Part shown: positions 28,344 through 36,362 of the stretch, piece by piece | Layout: each line of letters begins with the position of its first letter | Position numbering within the stretch: position 1 is the first letter of the stretch | From: Nanobdellota archaeon | GTDB lineage: Archaea > Nanobdellota > Nanobdellia > Woesearchaeales > UBA9642 | Assembly (NCBI GenBank): GCA_041305085.1 | Contig: JBFYMA010000021.1 | Location: 1-56,296 of the forward strand | Direction: 5' to 3' | Length of the DNA: 56,296 bases | Notes under the pieces: model-generated | Told to the model about the DNA's origin: nothing | Database searches by the model: none | What the model saw: only the letters and a program-made list of their open reading frames with translations | Position numbers and translations under genes: made by a program

Positions 28344-28424
28344 AGAATAAAGAAAAGCTGCTTTGTATAAATAATTTTGCTAAGAGAATGCCCAGTAAAT
28401 CAAGAAAAAGAAAAAAGAATGTTT

Positions 28425-28586
28425 TTATCTCTTCTTCTTTTTCTTTTTTGCAGGTTTCTTTTTTGAGGCTTTTCTTTTCTTGCCGCCTCTGGCCATTTTT
28501 GCCCTTGAAATATCTCCGTTTTTGTCAACAAAGTACAAGTACCCTGCCTGCTTCTTCACTCCTACTTTTGCAACCTTTTCCGCCAT
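28425..28586 (-). CDS. Small basic protein (53 aa), absent from the ORF track
   Basis: Hand translation of the minus strand gives MAEKVAKVGVKKQAGYLYFVDKNGDISRAKMARGGKKRKASKKKPAKKKKKKR. I recall the GYLYFVDK.GDI.RAKM core from small archaeal proteins but did not verify it. Confidence 0.55.
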   Translation of the reverse strand: MAEKVAKVGVKKQAGYLYFVDKNGDISRAKMARGGKKRKASKKKPAKKKKKKR

Positions 28587-28655
28587 AAAAAATCACCCCT
28601 CAGTTATGCTGCAATTCTGGAATTATTAGTATATAAATATTGTGTTTTTAGAGAG

Positions 28656-29375
28656 TCAGCCGGACAATTCCCCTTTTTCTATCTGGACAAAGAAAAACGC
28701 AGTCAGTATTATAGCTATAAACAAAGGAATTATTATAATGAACAGCTTTGTAAACAGCACAAGCACAGAATATGTTAACACAAATATAAACATGAAACAA
28801 TAGACTATTCTCGAGTTTGCAAAAATCTTTATGCCTTCAAATGTTGGTATGGGGAGCACTGAAAAAAATGCCAGCATCACACAAATCATTGTCAGGTATG
28901 AAAAAAGCTCGTTGTCTGTAGAGGAAAAAAGTATCTTGAGTATTATGACAAAAACTATATACACTATTATGCTTGTTATGGCCACTTTTGACATGTCCCT
29001 GTAATTCACTCCCTGGCTGAACCTTTTTCCAAGGCTCGTCCTGGGGTTGTGCTCAAGATTTACTTCTCCTGGAGAAAGCAATGGTATAAGCCCAAAAGAA
29101 AAAAAAGATATTGCGAGAGATATGCCCATTCCAGGAATTGTGTTGGAGAATTTTCCCTCATAGCCGAGCTTTTTTGCAATCTTTTTCTGCAAAAACCTGG
29201 CAAAAAATGTCACTATCCCTGTAAAGAGGACTGTTGTTATAAAAAGTGCTGCACCTGTTGCAAGGTTCAGGTCTGTTGTCCTCCACTTGAAAAAAAAGAA
29301 CACCAGTGAAAGGGAAAGCGTTGTAAGCAGGAATTTTTCAAGCTCCTTTGGCTCAAAGACGGGCTCTTTTGTCAT
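28656..29375 (-). CDS. Multi-pass membrane protein, degenerate site-2 protease (M50)-like
   Basis: ARFLQKKIAKKLG occupies the position of HExxHxxxAxxxG, and VLPIPTFEGIKIF the position of NLLPIPPLDGGKI. The catalytic residues are replaced. Confidence 0.55.
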   Translation of the reverse strand: MTKEPVFEPKELEKFLLTTLSLSLVFFFFKWRTTDLNLATGAALFITTVLFTGIVTFFARFLQKKIAKKLGYEGKFSNTIPGMGISLAISFFSFGLIPLLSPGEVNLEHNPRTSLGKRFSQGVNYRDMSKVAITSIIVYIVFVIILKILFSSTDNELFSYLTMICVMLAFFSVLPIPTFEGIKIFANSRIVYCFMFIFVLTYSVLVLFTKLFIIIIPLFIAIILTAFFFVQIEKGELSG

Positions 29376-29452
29376 TATAGCATATTTATGCTGGTTGTTT
29401 TTATATGTTTTTGTTTTTAGGGGAAATTATTCTTCTTTGTCTTCTCGTATTT

Positions 29453-29553
29453 ATAACAAAAATTTGCCTGATTACTCATGGGCTCGCCCTATCCTCAACC
29501 CAAAAGCAAGGGATTCCTGCTTGGAATTTCTTCTTTCAGTAGAGCTTTTCAAT
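29453..29553 (+). repeat. Dispersed structured repeat, copy G
   Basis: It starts with ATAACAAAAATTTGCCTGATTACTC (compare copies C and E) and ends with TTGGAATTT..GCTTTTCAAT. Confidence 0.65.
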
Positions 29554-29580
29554 AAGTGGAAAAGATTGGTGCTAATGCTT

Positions 29581-30105
29581 TCATTTCACAATCGCCCAGA
29601 CCATATCATTGAGATACTTGCCGTCTTTACATTTGTTTTTTCTCAACACCCCTTCAAGTTTAAATCCTGCTTTTTCCATGACTCTTGCAGACGCTTTGTT
29701 GAAAGTTCTGCACCAGCCTTCAAGCCTTTTTAGTTTGTATTTTTTAAAAGCATATCTTGTTACTATTTTCAAGGCTTTTGTGGCAATGCCTTTTTTTCTG
29801 AACTTTGGATGTATTCCGTAAAATACATTTCCTCTGTGTTCAAAGAATTCTTGGTTAAGTTTATCCACCCCTACCCAACCTGCAAATTTATCACCTACTT
29901 CAATAGCAAAAGTTTCTCCGGTTGGTTTTTTCCCTTTTGATTCTTTTATTTTTTGGATTATTTTCTTTTTTACTTCACCTAATGTTTTCGGGACAGACAT
30001 AAACCCCTTTTTTGTCTTATTATCTTTCCAACATTCAAAATATTCATTTGCATCAGACAGCTTGATAGGTCTTAGTACAAATTCTTTGGATTTTATCATT
30101 TTCAT
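29581..30105 (-). CDS. GNAT family N-acetyltransferase (RimJ/RimL-like)
   Basis: FRKKGIATKALKIVTRYAF (acetyl-CoA motif A) and N.ASARVMEKAGFKLEG. Confidence 0.88.
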   Translation of the reverse strand: MKMIKSKEFVLRPIKLSDANEYFECWKDNKTKKGFMSVPKTLGEVKKKIIQKIKESKGKKPTGETFAIEVGDKFAGWVGVDKLNQEFFEHRGNVFYGIHPKFRKKGIATKALKIVTRYAFKKYKLKRLEGWCRTFNKASARVMEKAGFKLEGVLRKNKCKDGKYLNDMVWAIVK

Positions 30106-30223
30106 TTTTCACACCAATCTCTTTTTGTGAGTTGCATCTTTCATAAATCTCTGTGCTTGTCTTAAATTATCTGCCAATTATTTTGCTAATTTATAAATTG
30201 TTTTGTTTATGATTTTCAGCCCA

Positions 30224-30955
30224 TTAAAGAGTCTCGAACTTTGGGCTTTCAAACATTTTTTCCAGAATTTGGTTCATCCCCTCTTTGTGTCCTGCTCCTA
30301 CAACTGCAAGAATCTTTTTGTCGGGGTTTTTAGATGCCAAAGCATATAGATTTCTTGCCATGTGCTTGTTTCTGTCATGAACCAATACCTTGTAAACTGT
30401 TGGGTAATCCTTTTTGAGCTTTTCCATCACTATTGTTATCAATTCTCGTTCTGGGACCTTGGAAAGGTTTATCCTGAACTCTTGCTTTTTCGAGAAAGGG
30501 CTTAAGAGCAGTTCTTTTACAAACCTGAAGCGCTCTTTCCAAGTAATTTTTTTTAGTCCCTTAAGGGTCTGCTGTATTGGCCTGTCGATAAAGAATATCT
30601 CTGAGTTGTTTTTTCCTGCCAGTTTCACTGCTTCCAGCATCTCACTTCCGGGCTCTATTCCAACAATACTTCCAAGCTTTTTCTGGACAAATCTTCCTAT
30701 GAGTGCGAACAAAAAGCCTGGAAGGCCTATCTGCGGAAGCGCTTTCAGGCTTATGGTCTGCTTTTGCTTTGATGCCAGTGCGTGAAACCTCTGGATGTCC
30801 AATTCAACGCAGACAATGTCCGGAGAATTTACAAAAGCTTTTTTTATCTCATCTATGGACTCTTTTGAAATGTGTGATGTTCCAATGATTGTTATATTCT
30901 CCATTTCTGAAAAGAAAAATTGTTTGTTTTTAAAAGGATTGTTAATTGTTAACAT
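30224..30955 (-). CDS. TraB/PrgY family protein
   Basis: IIGTSHISKESIDEIKK....PDIVCVELD and AVVGAGHKEGM motifs. Confidence 0.8.
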   Translation of the reverse strand: MLTINNPFKNKQFFFSEMENITIIGTSHISKESIDEIKKAFVNSPDIVCVELDIQRFHALASKQKQTISLKALPQIGLPGFLFALIGRFVQKKLGSIVGIEPGSEMLEAVKLAGKNNSEIFFIDRPIQQTLKGLKKITWKERFRFVKELLLSPFSKKQEFRINLSKVPERELITIVMEKLKKDYPTVYKVLVHDRNKHMARNLYALASKNPDKKILAVVGAGHKEGMNQILEKMFESPKFETL

Positions 30956-31050
30956 GGATATTCTTTGCTGCTCGTCAGAGTAAGTCTCTCATGATGGCAC
31001 TCACCTGGCTCTGCCCGGCAAAAACCCTCCAAAGGAGAGCAAACCAAATC

Positions 31051-31645
31051 ATGACAAAGGTGTCTTATTTTTCCAGAGCATGCCCGGCAAACAAAAAAAT
31101 CAACACCCAGTATATTATCTTTCCGGCAGAGTCAGACAGGCAGAAGCTGAACAAAACAAACCTAAAAATACTAAAACTTTTGTCCAGTGATGCACGAATT
31201 CCTATAATAAAAATAGCCTCAGCGGCCAAAATAACAAAAATGCTGCTGCTCAGACTTATCCCAAACCTAAAGGTTAGGGTACAGAGCAACAGATGTTGCA
31301 GGTATCACTCTGTGATATTTCACCTTCGCTAATGGAAGGCACATTTTTGGAATTTAAAATTTAGGATACCAGTACTTCAAAGTGAACTTTCTGCTCAACA
31401 ATGTTGCAAAGGAAAAAGAAAAGCTTTTCAGAGGTTATATAAAATTCCATCCTAACATAATATACGACGACCAGGTGCTTGGAGGAGACGACTTTGAAAT
31501 AGAAGTACAGGCAAAAAATTCAGAGCAGCTGAGAGAAATTCTTCTGGATATAAAAAAAAGGTTCTCTTCAATAATCAAAAGCCAGTCAATAAGCCAATTC
31601 TACAAAGAGCACAAATACTTGTTTATGCTAGAAATAGAATATTAA
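31051..31645 (+). pseudogene. Lrp/AsnC-type regulator split by repeat copy B
   Basis: The N-terminal HTH piece is LNKTNLKILKLLSSDARIPIIKIASAAKITK. The C-terminal piece NLGYQYFKVNFLL..DFEIEVQAKNSEQL is in another frame. Stops are TAA 31330, TGA 31313 and TAA 31355. Confidence 0.6.
31231..31387 (+). repeat. Dispersed structured repeat, copy B (inside the split Lrp/AsnC gene)
   Basis: ATAACAAAAATGCTGCTGCTCAGACTTATCCCAAACCTAAAGGTTAGGGTA is near-identical to the start of copy D. It has the internal CCTTCGCTAATGGAAGG hairpin and a TTTTTGGAATTTAAAATT core. Confidence 0.75.
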
Positions 31646-31673
31646 AAAAGCAGAAAAAATTAAACTCAAAAAT

Positions 31674-32480
31674 CTACACTCTTGCCTGTTTGGCGTTCTG
31701 CCACGAGTCTTGAAACATGTCGTTGAGTGCTTTTGCAAAGTATTTTGTGTTTACCCAGACTGCATAATCATAGCCAGGATGGACTTCTTTGTCATCCATA
31801 AGCATGAACAAGACTTGGTTCTGGTCTGCCATGCAGAACCTTGCATCAATCTTTTCAAGGTTTTTTATCTCTGCAAACTTTTTAAGCTCTTTAAGAGTTT
31901 CTTGGGGCATCTTTGAAATTGGTGCAGCTATCTTTATGCTTACGCCATTATCCTTGGCCTTTTTAAAAGCCTTTTTCAGGTAATCGCTTTTTCTCTGCAA
32001 TCCTTCTTCTGTTGTTACAATAAGCACTTCTTTTTGTGCATTGCTTATCATGTAATCTATGTGATTATATATGCTATCCCTGCTTTTCAATGAGCCGGAA
32101 ACTTCTGAAGGTTCAACCATATCTATGCCTTTTGTGTGGAGCGCTGTAAGGTCTTCAAGAATCTGGCTTTGCTTTACCTCATCAAGGTGCTTTTCCTGGT
32201 TCTCAAGGTCTTGCTTTATCTTTTTCTTTACCCTCTCTATGACTTCTGTTGGAGGTATTGCAATATATTTTATTGGCTTTCCAAGCTTCATCAATATAAA
32301 ACCCTTTTTCTCGAGGCTTTCAAGAATATCATATGCCCTGCTTCTTGGCACATTTGCTATGTCGCTGAGCTCCCCTGCAGAGCTTACTCCCCTGCTAAGA
32401 AGTGCTGTCCATATCTTTGCTTCGTAGCTGTTAAGCCCGAAGTCCTTGAGTTTTTTGATGAAGTTTGGTTGTACAATCAT
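31674..32480 (-). CDS. TrmB family transcriptional regulator
   Basis: FGLNSYEAKIWTALLSRGVSSAGELSDIANVPRSRAYDILESLEKKGF N-terminal wHTH plus a TrmB-like C-domain. Confidence 0.85.
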   Translation of the reverse strand: MIVQPNFIKKLKDFGLNSYEAKIWTALLSRGVSSAGELSDIANVPRSRAYDILESLEKKGFILMKLGKPIKYIAIPPTEVIERVKKKIKQDLENQEKHLDEVKQSQILEDLTALHTKGIDMVEPSEVSGSLKSRDSIYNHIDYMISNAQKEVLIVTTEEGLQRKSDYLKKAFKKAKDNGVSIKIAAPISKMPQETLKELKKFAEIKNLEKIDARFCMADQNQVLFMLMDDKEVHPGYDYAVWVNTKYFAKALNDMFQDSWQNAKQARV

Positions 32481-32616
32481 TTTTTACTCCTCCACAATGA
32501 ATATTATTAACTACAGAAAGAAATTATGATTTATAAACATTTCGTTTTTATATTACTGTGTGGTGGTGAATTTATTTTGTTATAGATATATTATGATAAA
32601 TGTGATTTTTATGAAA

Positions 32617-32823
32617 ATAACAAAAATGCACCTGATTACTGATAGGTTCACCCTGTCCTCTACTTTTAGGTCGAGGTGTAGGGCAATCAAAGATTGCTGG
32701 CATCACTCTGTGATATTACTGACTCACAATCTTCTCAGGCGCATTATTGGAATTGAAAATTTCGACCTGAAGGTAGGTGTATTCAACCAATAAAAATTTC
32801 TCCTTTTAGTCAAAATTTTCAAT
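32617..32823 (+). repeat. Dispersed structured repeat, copy C (longest)
   Basis: It has the ATAACAAAAATGCACCTGATTACTG start, the GGCATCACTCTGTGATATTACTGACTCACAATCTT block shared with copy A, and a TTGGAATTGAAAATTT..GGTGTATTCAACC..AAAATTTTCAAT end shared with copy F. Confidence 0.75.
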
Positions 32824-32832
32824 GAACAAGTG

Positions 32833-32856
32833 ACCCTTTGATTTCCTCTGGAAAAG
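32833..32856 (-). promoter_or_regulatory. Origin recognition box (ORB), inverted orientation
   Basis: The reverse complement CTTTTCCAGAGGAAATCAAAGGGT has the dyad TTCC-N3-GGAA plus a G-string, and is 20/24 identical to the ORB at 33434. Confidence 0.7.
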
Positions 32857-32967
32857 ATTTTGTTGAACCTGATACTACCACACACAACATAGTTTTAATA
32901 ACAAACAAAGTTAATCTGTTATTTTTTAGGCAAGTATTTAGTTTTATTTTTTTAATAATTATAACAT

Positions 32968-33105
32968 ATAACAAAAATGCTGCTGCTCAGGCTTATCCCC
33001 AACCTCAAGGTAGGGGTATTGCGCCTTCGCTAATGAAAGGCGCAATATTGGAATTGAAAATTGCGCACTAAAACGAGGGGTATTCAACCCTGCACAATCT
33101 TCAAT
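32968..33105 (+). repeat. Dispersed structured repeat, copy D
   Basis: It has the ATAACAAAAATGCTGCTGCTCAGG start, a perfect 10-bp hairpin ATTGCGCCTT/AAGGCGCAAT, and the 3' module ATTGAAAATTGCGCA..GGGGTATTCAACCC..TGCACAATCTTCAAT. Confidence 0.75.
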
Positions 33106-33360
33106 AATAATACACATATTATATCACACACCATGTTTAACATATAATTTATTATTAATAATTAAAGATATATATTGTATACTATATAATAAACAAGTAA
33201 TAATAATATAATATAATATAATAACAACAAATTAATTTCAATATAGAAAATTTTTCTTATTTTTTTAATTTTTCATAATTATATTTTATAATATAATATT
33301 TACAATATATAAATAATAAAATATATTTTGTAATTTTATTGAAGTTGTTTTTTATATTGG
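33106..33360. other. AT-rich duplex unwinding element (DUE) of a replication origin
   Basis: About 250 nt that is almost pure A/T with TAATA microrepeats (for example ATAATATAATATAATATAATAA). It is bracketed by inverted ORBs and lies upstream of orc1/cdc6. Confidence 0.65.
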
Positions 33361-33433
33361 AAAGGCTGTTCTGTTGTTTGCTTTTTCTAAAAACTTAAAT
33401 CCTTGCAAGAACATCTCTAACCTTAAAAAAAGA

Positions 33434-33457
33434 GGTTTCCATAGGAAATCAAGGGGT
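33434..33457 (+). promoter_or_regulatory. Origin recognition box (ORB)
   Basis: GGTTTCCATAGGAAATCAAGGGGT has the dyad TTTCC-ATA-GGAAA followed by the GGGGT G-string, which is the classical archaeal ORB layout. Confidence 0.75.
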
Positions 33458-33525
33458 AGTATATGTTTTTAGAATGCTATTTGCAATGAGCTATTTTCCT
33501 TCATATATTTTAAGAACCAAAAATA

Positions 33526-33533
33526 TTTATATA
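33526..33533 (+). promoter_or_regulatory. Putative TATA box of orc1/cdc6
   Basis: TTTATATA lies about 25-30 nt upstream of ATG 33558, which is leaderless-type spacing. Confidence 0.4.
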
Positions 33534-33557
33534 CCTTTGTTTCCTCTGGAAGTGAAA

Positions 33558-34766
33558 ATGGCACAAAACCTTCAAAACTTTTTCGAAAAATTTCTAAAAA
33601 AAGAATCATTATTCCTCAATAAAAAAGCCCTTCAAAGCTCTTATTTTCCAAACGAAATAGATCATAGAGACACCCAGATAAACAAAATAGCAGAAATACT
33701 TGCACCAGCATTAAGGCTGGAAAGGCCATCTAACTTGTTTATTTATGGAAAAACAGGTACAGGAAAAACACTTTCAGTAAAGCATACAATAAATCAGCTT
33801 ATTGAGATGGCTAAAAAACAAAGCATAAGCCTGAAGGCCATATACATAAACTGCAAACTAAAAAAAATTGCAGACACAGAATATAGGCTTATTGCAGAAC
33901 TGGCAAGATTTTTTGGAAAGGCAATACCATCAACCGGCCTACCAACAGACGAAGTCTACAACATTTTTTACAAAGAGCTGGACTCAAAAAAGCAGACAAT
34001 AATACTTGTGCTGGATGAAATAGACCAGCTTGTTAAAAAAGCAGGAGACCAGATAATATACAACCTTACAAGGATAAACCAAGATATGCAGAACGCAGGC
34101 CTTGCAATAGTGGGAATAAGCAATGACTTAACATTTTCTGACAACCTTGATCCCAGAGTAAAGAGTTCATTGAGTGAAGAGGAGCTTGTTTTTCCTCCTT
34201 ACAACGCCCTACAAATACAAGATATACTTCTTAAAAGGTCAAAGACAGCTTTTAAAAAAGAGTCTTTAGAAGATGGAGTAATACAGAAGTGTGCTGCCTA
34301 CGCTGCAAGGGAGCACGGAGATGCAAGAAGGGCGCTTGACTTGCTAAGGGTGGCAGGAGAGCTTGCAGAAAGAAGGGATTCTGAAAAAATTGAAATAAAA
34401 GACCTTGATGAGGCTGAAGAAAAAATTGAAAGAGACCGATTTTTAGATATTGTGGAAACTCAGCCAAAACAGTTCCAGGCAGTCCTGCATTCAATAATGC
34501 TTCTCTCAGAAAGCCAAAAAAACGGATTGTATACAGGGGATGTTTATGAGCTTTATAAAAAAATATGCACAAATACTGCGCTAAGGCCACTCACCCAGAG
34601 AAGGGTTAGTGATGTTATTGCAGAGCTGGACATGCTTGGCATATTAAATGCAAGAGTCATAAGTAAGGGAAGGTACGGAAGAACCAAAGAGCTCAGAATG
34701 GCAATACCCTCTCCAATAATTCCTAAAATAAAAAATATTTTGGAAAAAAACCTGGATTTAAAATGA
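33558..34766 (+). CDS. cdc6: Orc1/Cdc6 replication initiator
   Basis: Walker A YGKTGTGKT, Walker B LVLDEID, GDARRALDLLR (sensor 2), and a C-terminal winged helix. I set the start at MAQNLQ; the tracked 33474 start would run over the promoter. Confidence 0.93.
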   Translation: MAQNLQNFFEKFLKKESLFLNKKALQSSYFPNEIDHRDTQINKIAEILAPALRLERPSNLFIYGKTGTGKTLSVKHTINQLIEMAKKQSISLKAIYINCKLKKIADTEYRLIAELARFFGKAIPSTGLPTDEVYNIFYKELDSKKQTIILVLDEIDQLVKKAGDQIIYNLTRINQDMQNAGLAIVGISNDLTFSDNLDPRVKSSLSEEELVFPPYNALQIQDILLKRSKTAFKKESLEDGVIQKCAAYAAREHGDARRALDLLRVAGELAERRDSEKIEIKDLDEAEEKIERDRFLDIVETQPKQFQAVLHSIMLLSESQKNGLYTGDVYELYKKICTNTALRPLTQRRVSDVIAELDMLGILNARVISKGRYGRTKELRMAIPSPIIPKIKNILEKNLDLK

Positions 34767-36331
34767 ACTTTTCTGAACTGGTAAAAAAAAACCTCGAAAA
34801 AGGAATACTGACAAGCCCCGACCTGTTAGGAAAAGATGTTGAAGAGGCAAAAGATTCTGAAAAAGTAGTTGTTTTAAGCCCTGAATTTGTAAAAACCCCT
34901 GTTGCCAGCAAAGAAATAGATTGGAAAGAGTTTGATAAGGCAAAGGTTTTGCTGGAAAAAAACAAAGATCCGAAAATGTACAAAAGATTTCTGGAAATAA
35001 TCGAGACAACAACACCTAAAGAGCCTCCTGCCCTGCAAAAAAAAACAGAAATAATCTATTCTTATAATGAGCCTTCAAGAAAAAGGACTTTTGAGGATTT
35101 TGTAGGCTATTTTAATTCAAGGTTTAGGGAAATAAGCGACATGCTGAAAGCCAGAGCAGAGCTGCAGCGCGCAACTTCCATAAGCAGGGTTCTTCAAAAA
35201 AAGGAAAAATCCTCTGCAGCAATAATAGGGCTTATTTATGAAAAATCAACCACAAAAAACGGAAACATACTTCTAACAATTGAAGACCCGACAGGATTCA
35301 TAAAGGCGCTTGTGAGCAAAAACAAGCCTGAAATATTCCAGATTGCAAAGGATGCCTGCCTTGACGAGGTTGTTGGAATAGAGGGCACATACGATAATAT
35401 ATTATTTGTTAATAATTTTCTTCTTCCGGATGTGCCTCTGACAAAGGAGTACAAAAAGTCACCAAATGAGGAATATATGGTAATAGTAGGAGACCCCCAG
35501 GTAGGAGGCAAAAAATTTCTTGAAAAAGAGTTTACAAAGCTCCTTCTTTGGCTTAACGGAAAAGTTGGGAATGATGAGCAGAAAAGAATTGCCTCAAAAG
35601 TAAAATATGCTATTTTTCCAGGAGACCTTGTTGAAGGCGTAGGAGTTTATCCAGAGCAGGAAAAAGATCTTGAAATAATGGACATCCAGGAGCAGTATGA
35701 GAAGTTTGCAGAATACCTGAGGCAGATACCTGAAAGCATAGAAATAATTCTTTGTCCCGGAAACCATGATGCAGGAAGGCTTGCAGAGCCCCAGCCATTG
35801 TTATACAAGGATTTTGCAAAGTCGTTGTGGGAAATGCCAAATGTCACAATTGTAAGTAACCCTTCTATTGTAAGAATAGGAAAATCAGAAGGTTTTGACG
35901 GCTTTGATATTTTATTATACCACGGAGCATCAATGTTTTACTATGCAGGGGAAGTTGATAGTATAAGATCGAGAGGAGGAATATTAAGGGCAGATTTGAT
36001 AATGAAATATTTTTTGCAGAGAAGGCATCTTGCCCCAACACACGCTTCTACTGTTTATATTCCCGAACCTGAAAAAGACCCTCTAGTTATATCAAAAGTT
36101 CCAGACTTCTTAATAACAGGGCACGTTCACATAGTTCTTTCGTCAAACTACAGAAACACTACACTGATAAATGCAAGCGCGTGGACAGGAATAACAGAAA
36201 ACCAGATAAGAAGAGGTCTGGAGCCACAGCCGGCCAGGCTTCCAATAGTCAACCTAAAAACAAGGGAAGTAAAGATTATGAACTTTTTGGGAAAAGAAGA
36301 AGCAGAAAGAATAAGAAAAAAAGAAGTCTGA
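34763..36331 (+). CDS. polB: DNA polymerase D small subunit (DP1)
   Basis: Calcineurin-like phosphoesterase motifs VGDPQVGG, PGDLVEG, CPGNHD and TGHVH, preceded by an OB-fold region. Its ATGA start overlaps the cdc6 stop. Confidence 0.93.
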   Translation: MNFSELVKKNLEKGILTSPDLLGKDVEEAKDSEKVVVLSPEFVKTPVASKEIDWKEFDKAKVLLEKNKDPKMYKRFLEIIETTTPKEPPALQKKTEIIYSYNEPSRKRTFEDFVGYFNSRFREISDMLKARAELQRATSISRVLQKKEKSSAAIIGLIYEKSTTKNGNILLTIEDPTGFIKALVSKNKPEIFQIAKDACLDEVVGIEGTYDNILFVNNFLLPDVPLTKEYKKSPNEEYMVIVGDPQVGGKKFLEKEFTKLLLWLNGKVGNDEQKRIASKVKYAIFPGDLVEGVGVYPEQEKDLEIMDIQEQYEKFAEYLRQIPESIEIILCPGNHDAGRLAEPQPLLYKDFAKSLWEMPNVTIVSNPSIVRIGKSEGFDGFDILLYHGASMFYYAGEVDSIRSRGGILRADLIMKYFLQRRHLAPTHASTVYIPEPEKDPLVISKVPDFLITGHVHIVLSSNYRNTTLINASAWTGITENQIRRGLEPQPARLPIVNLKTREVKIMNFLGKEEAERIRKKEV

Positions 36332-36362
36332 ATGAACTTTAAAATAATATATTTGAAACAAA

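Noticed and set aside
31231-33105. Repeat copies B and D as template and variable repeats of a diversity-generating retroelement. In the first 45 nt, 4 of 5 differences have A in copy B.
   Set aside because: Further along, the differences are not adenine-specific and include indels. There is no reverse transcriptase in the window. The family has seven copies, in intergenic DNA in both orientations.
32617-33105. CRISPR array suggested by the recurring ATTGAAAATT..GGGGTATTCAAC motifs.
   Set aside because: The spacing between copies is irregular, from hundreds of nt to kilobases. The units are 100-200 nt and internally structured. There is no leader and no cas gene.
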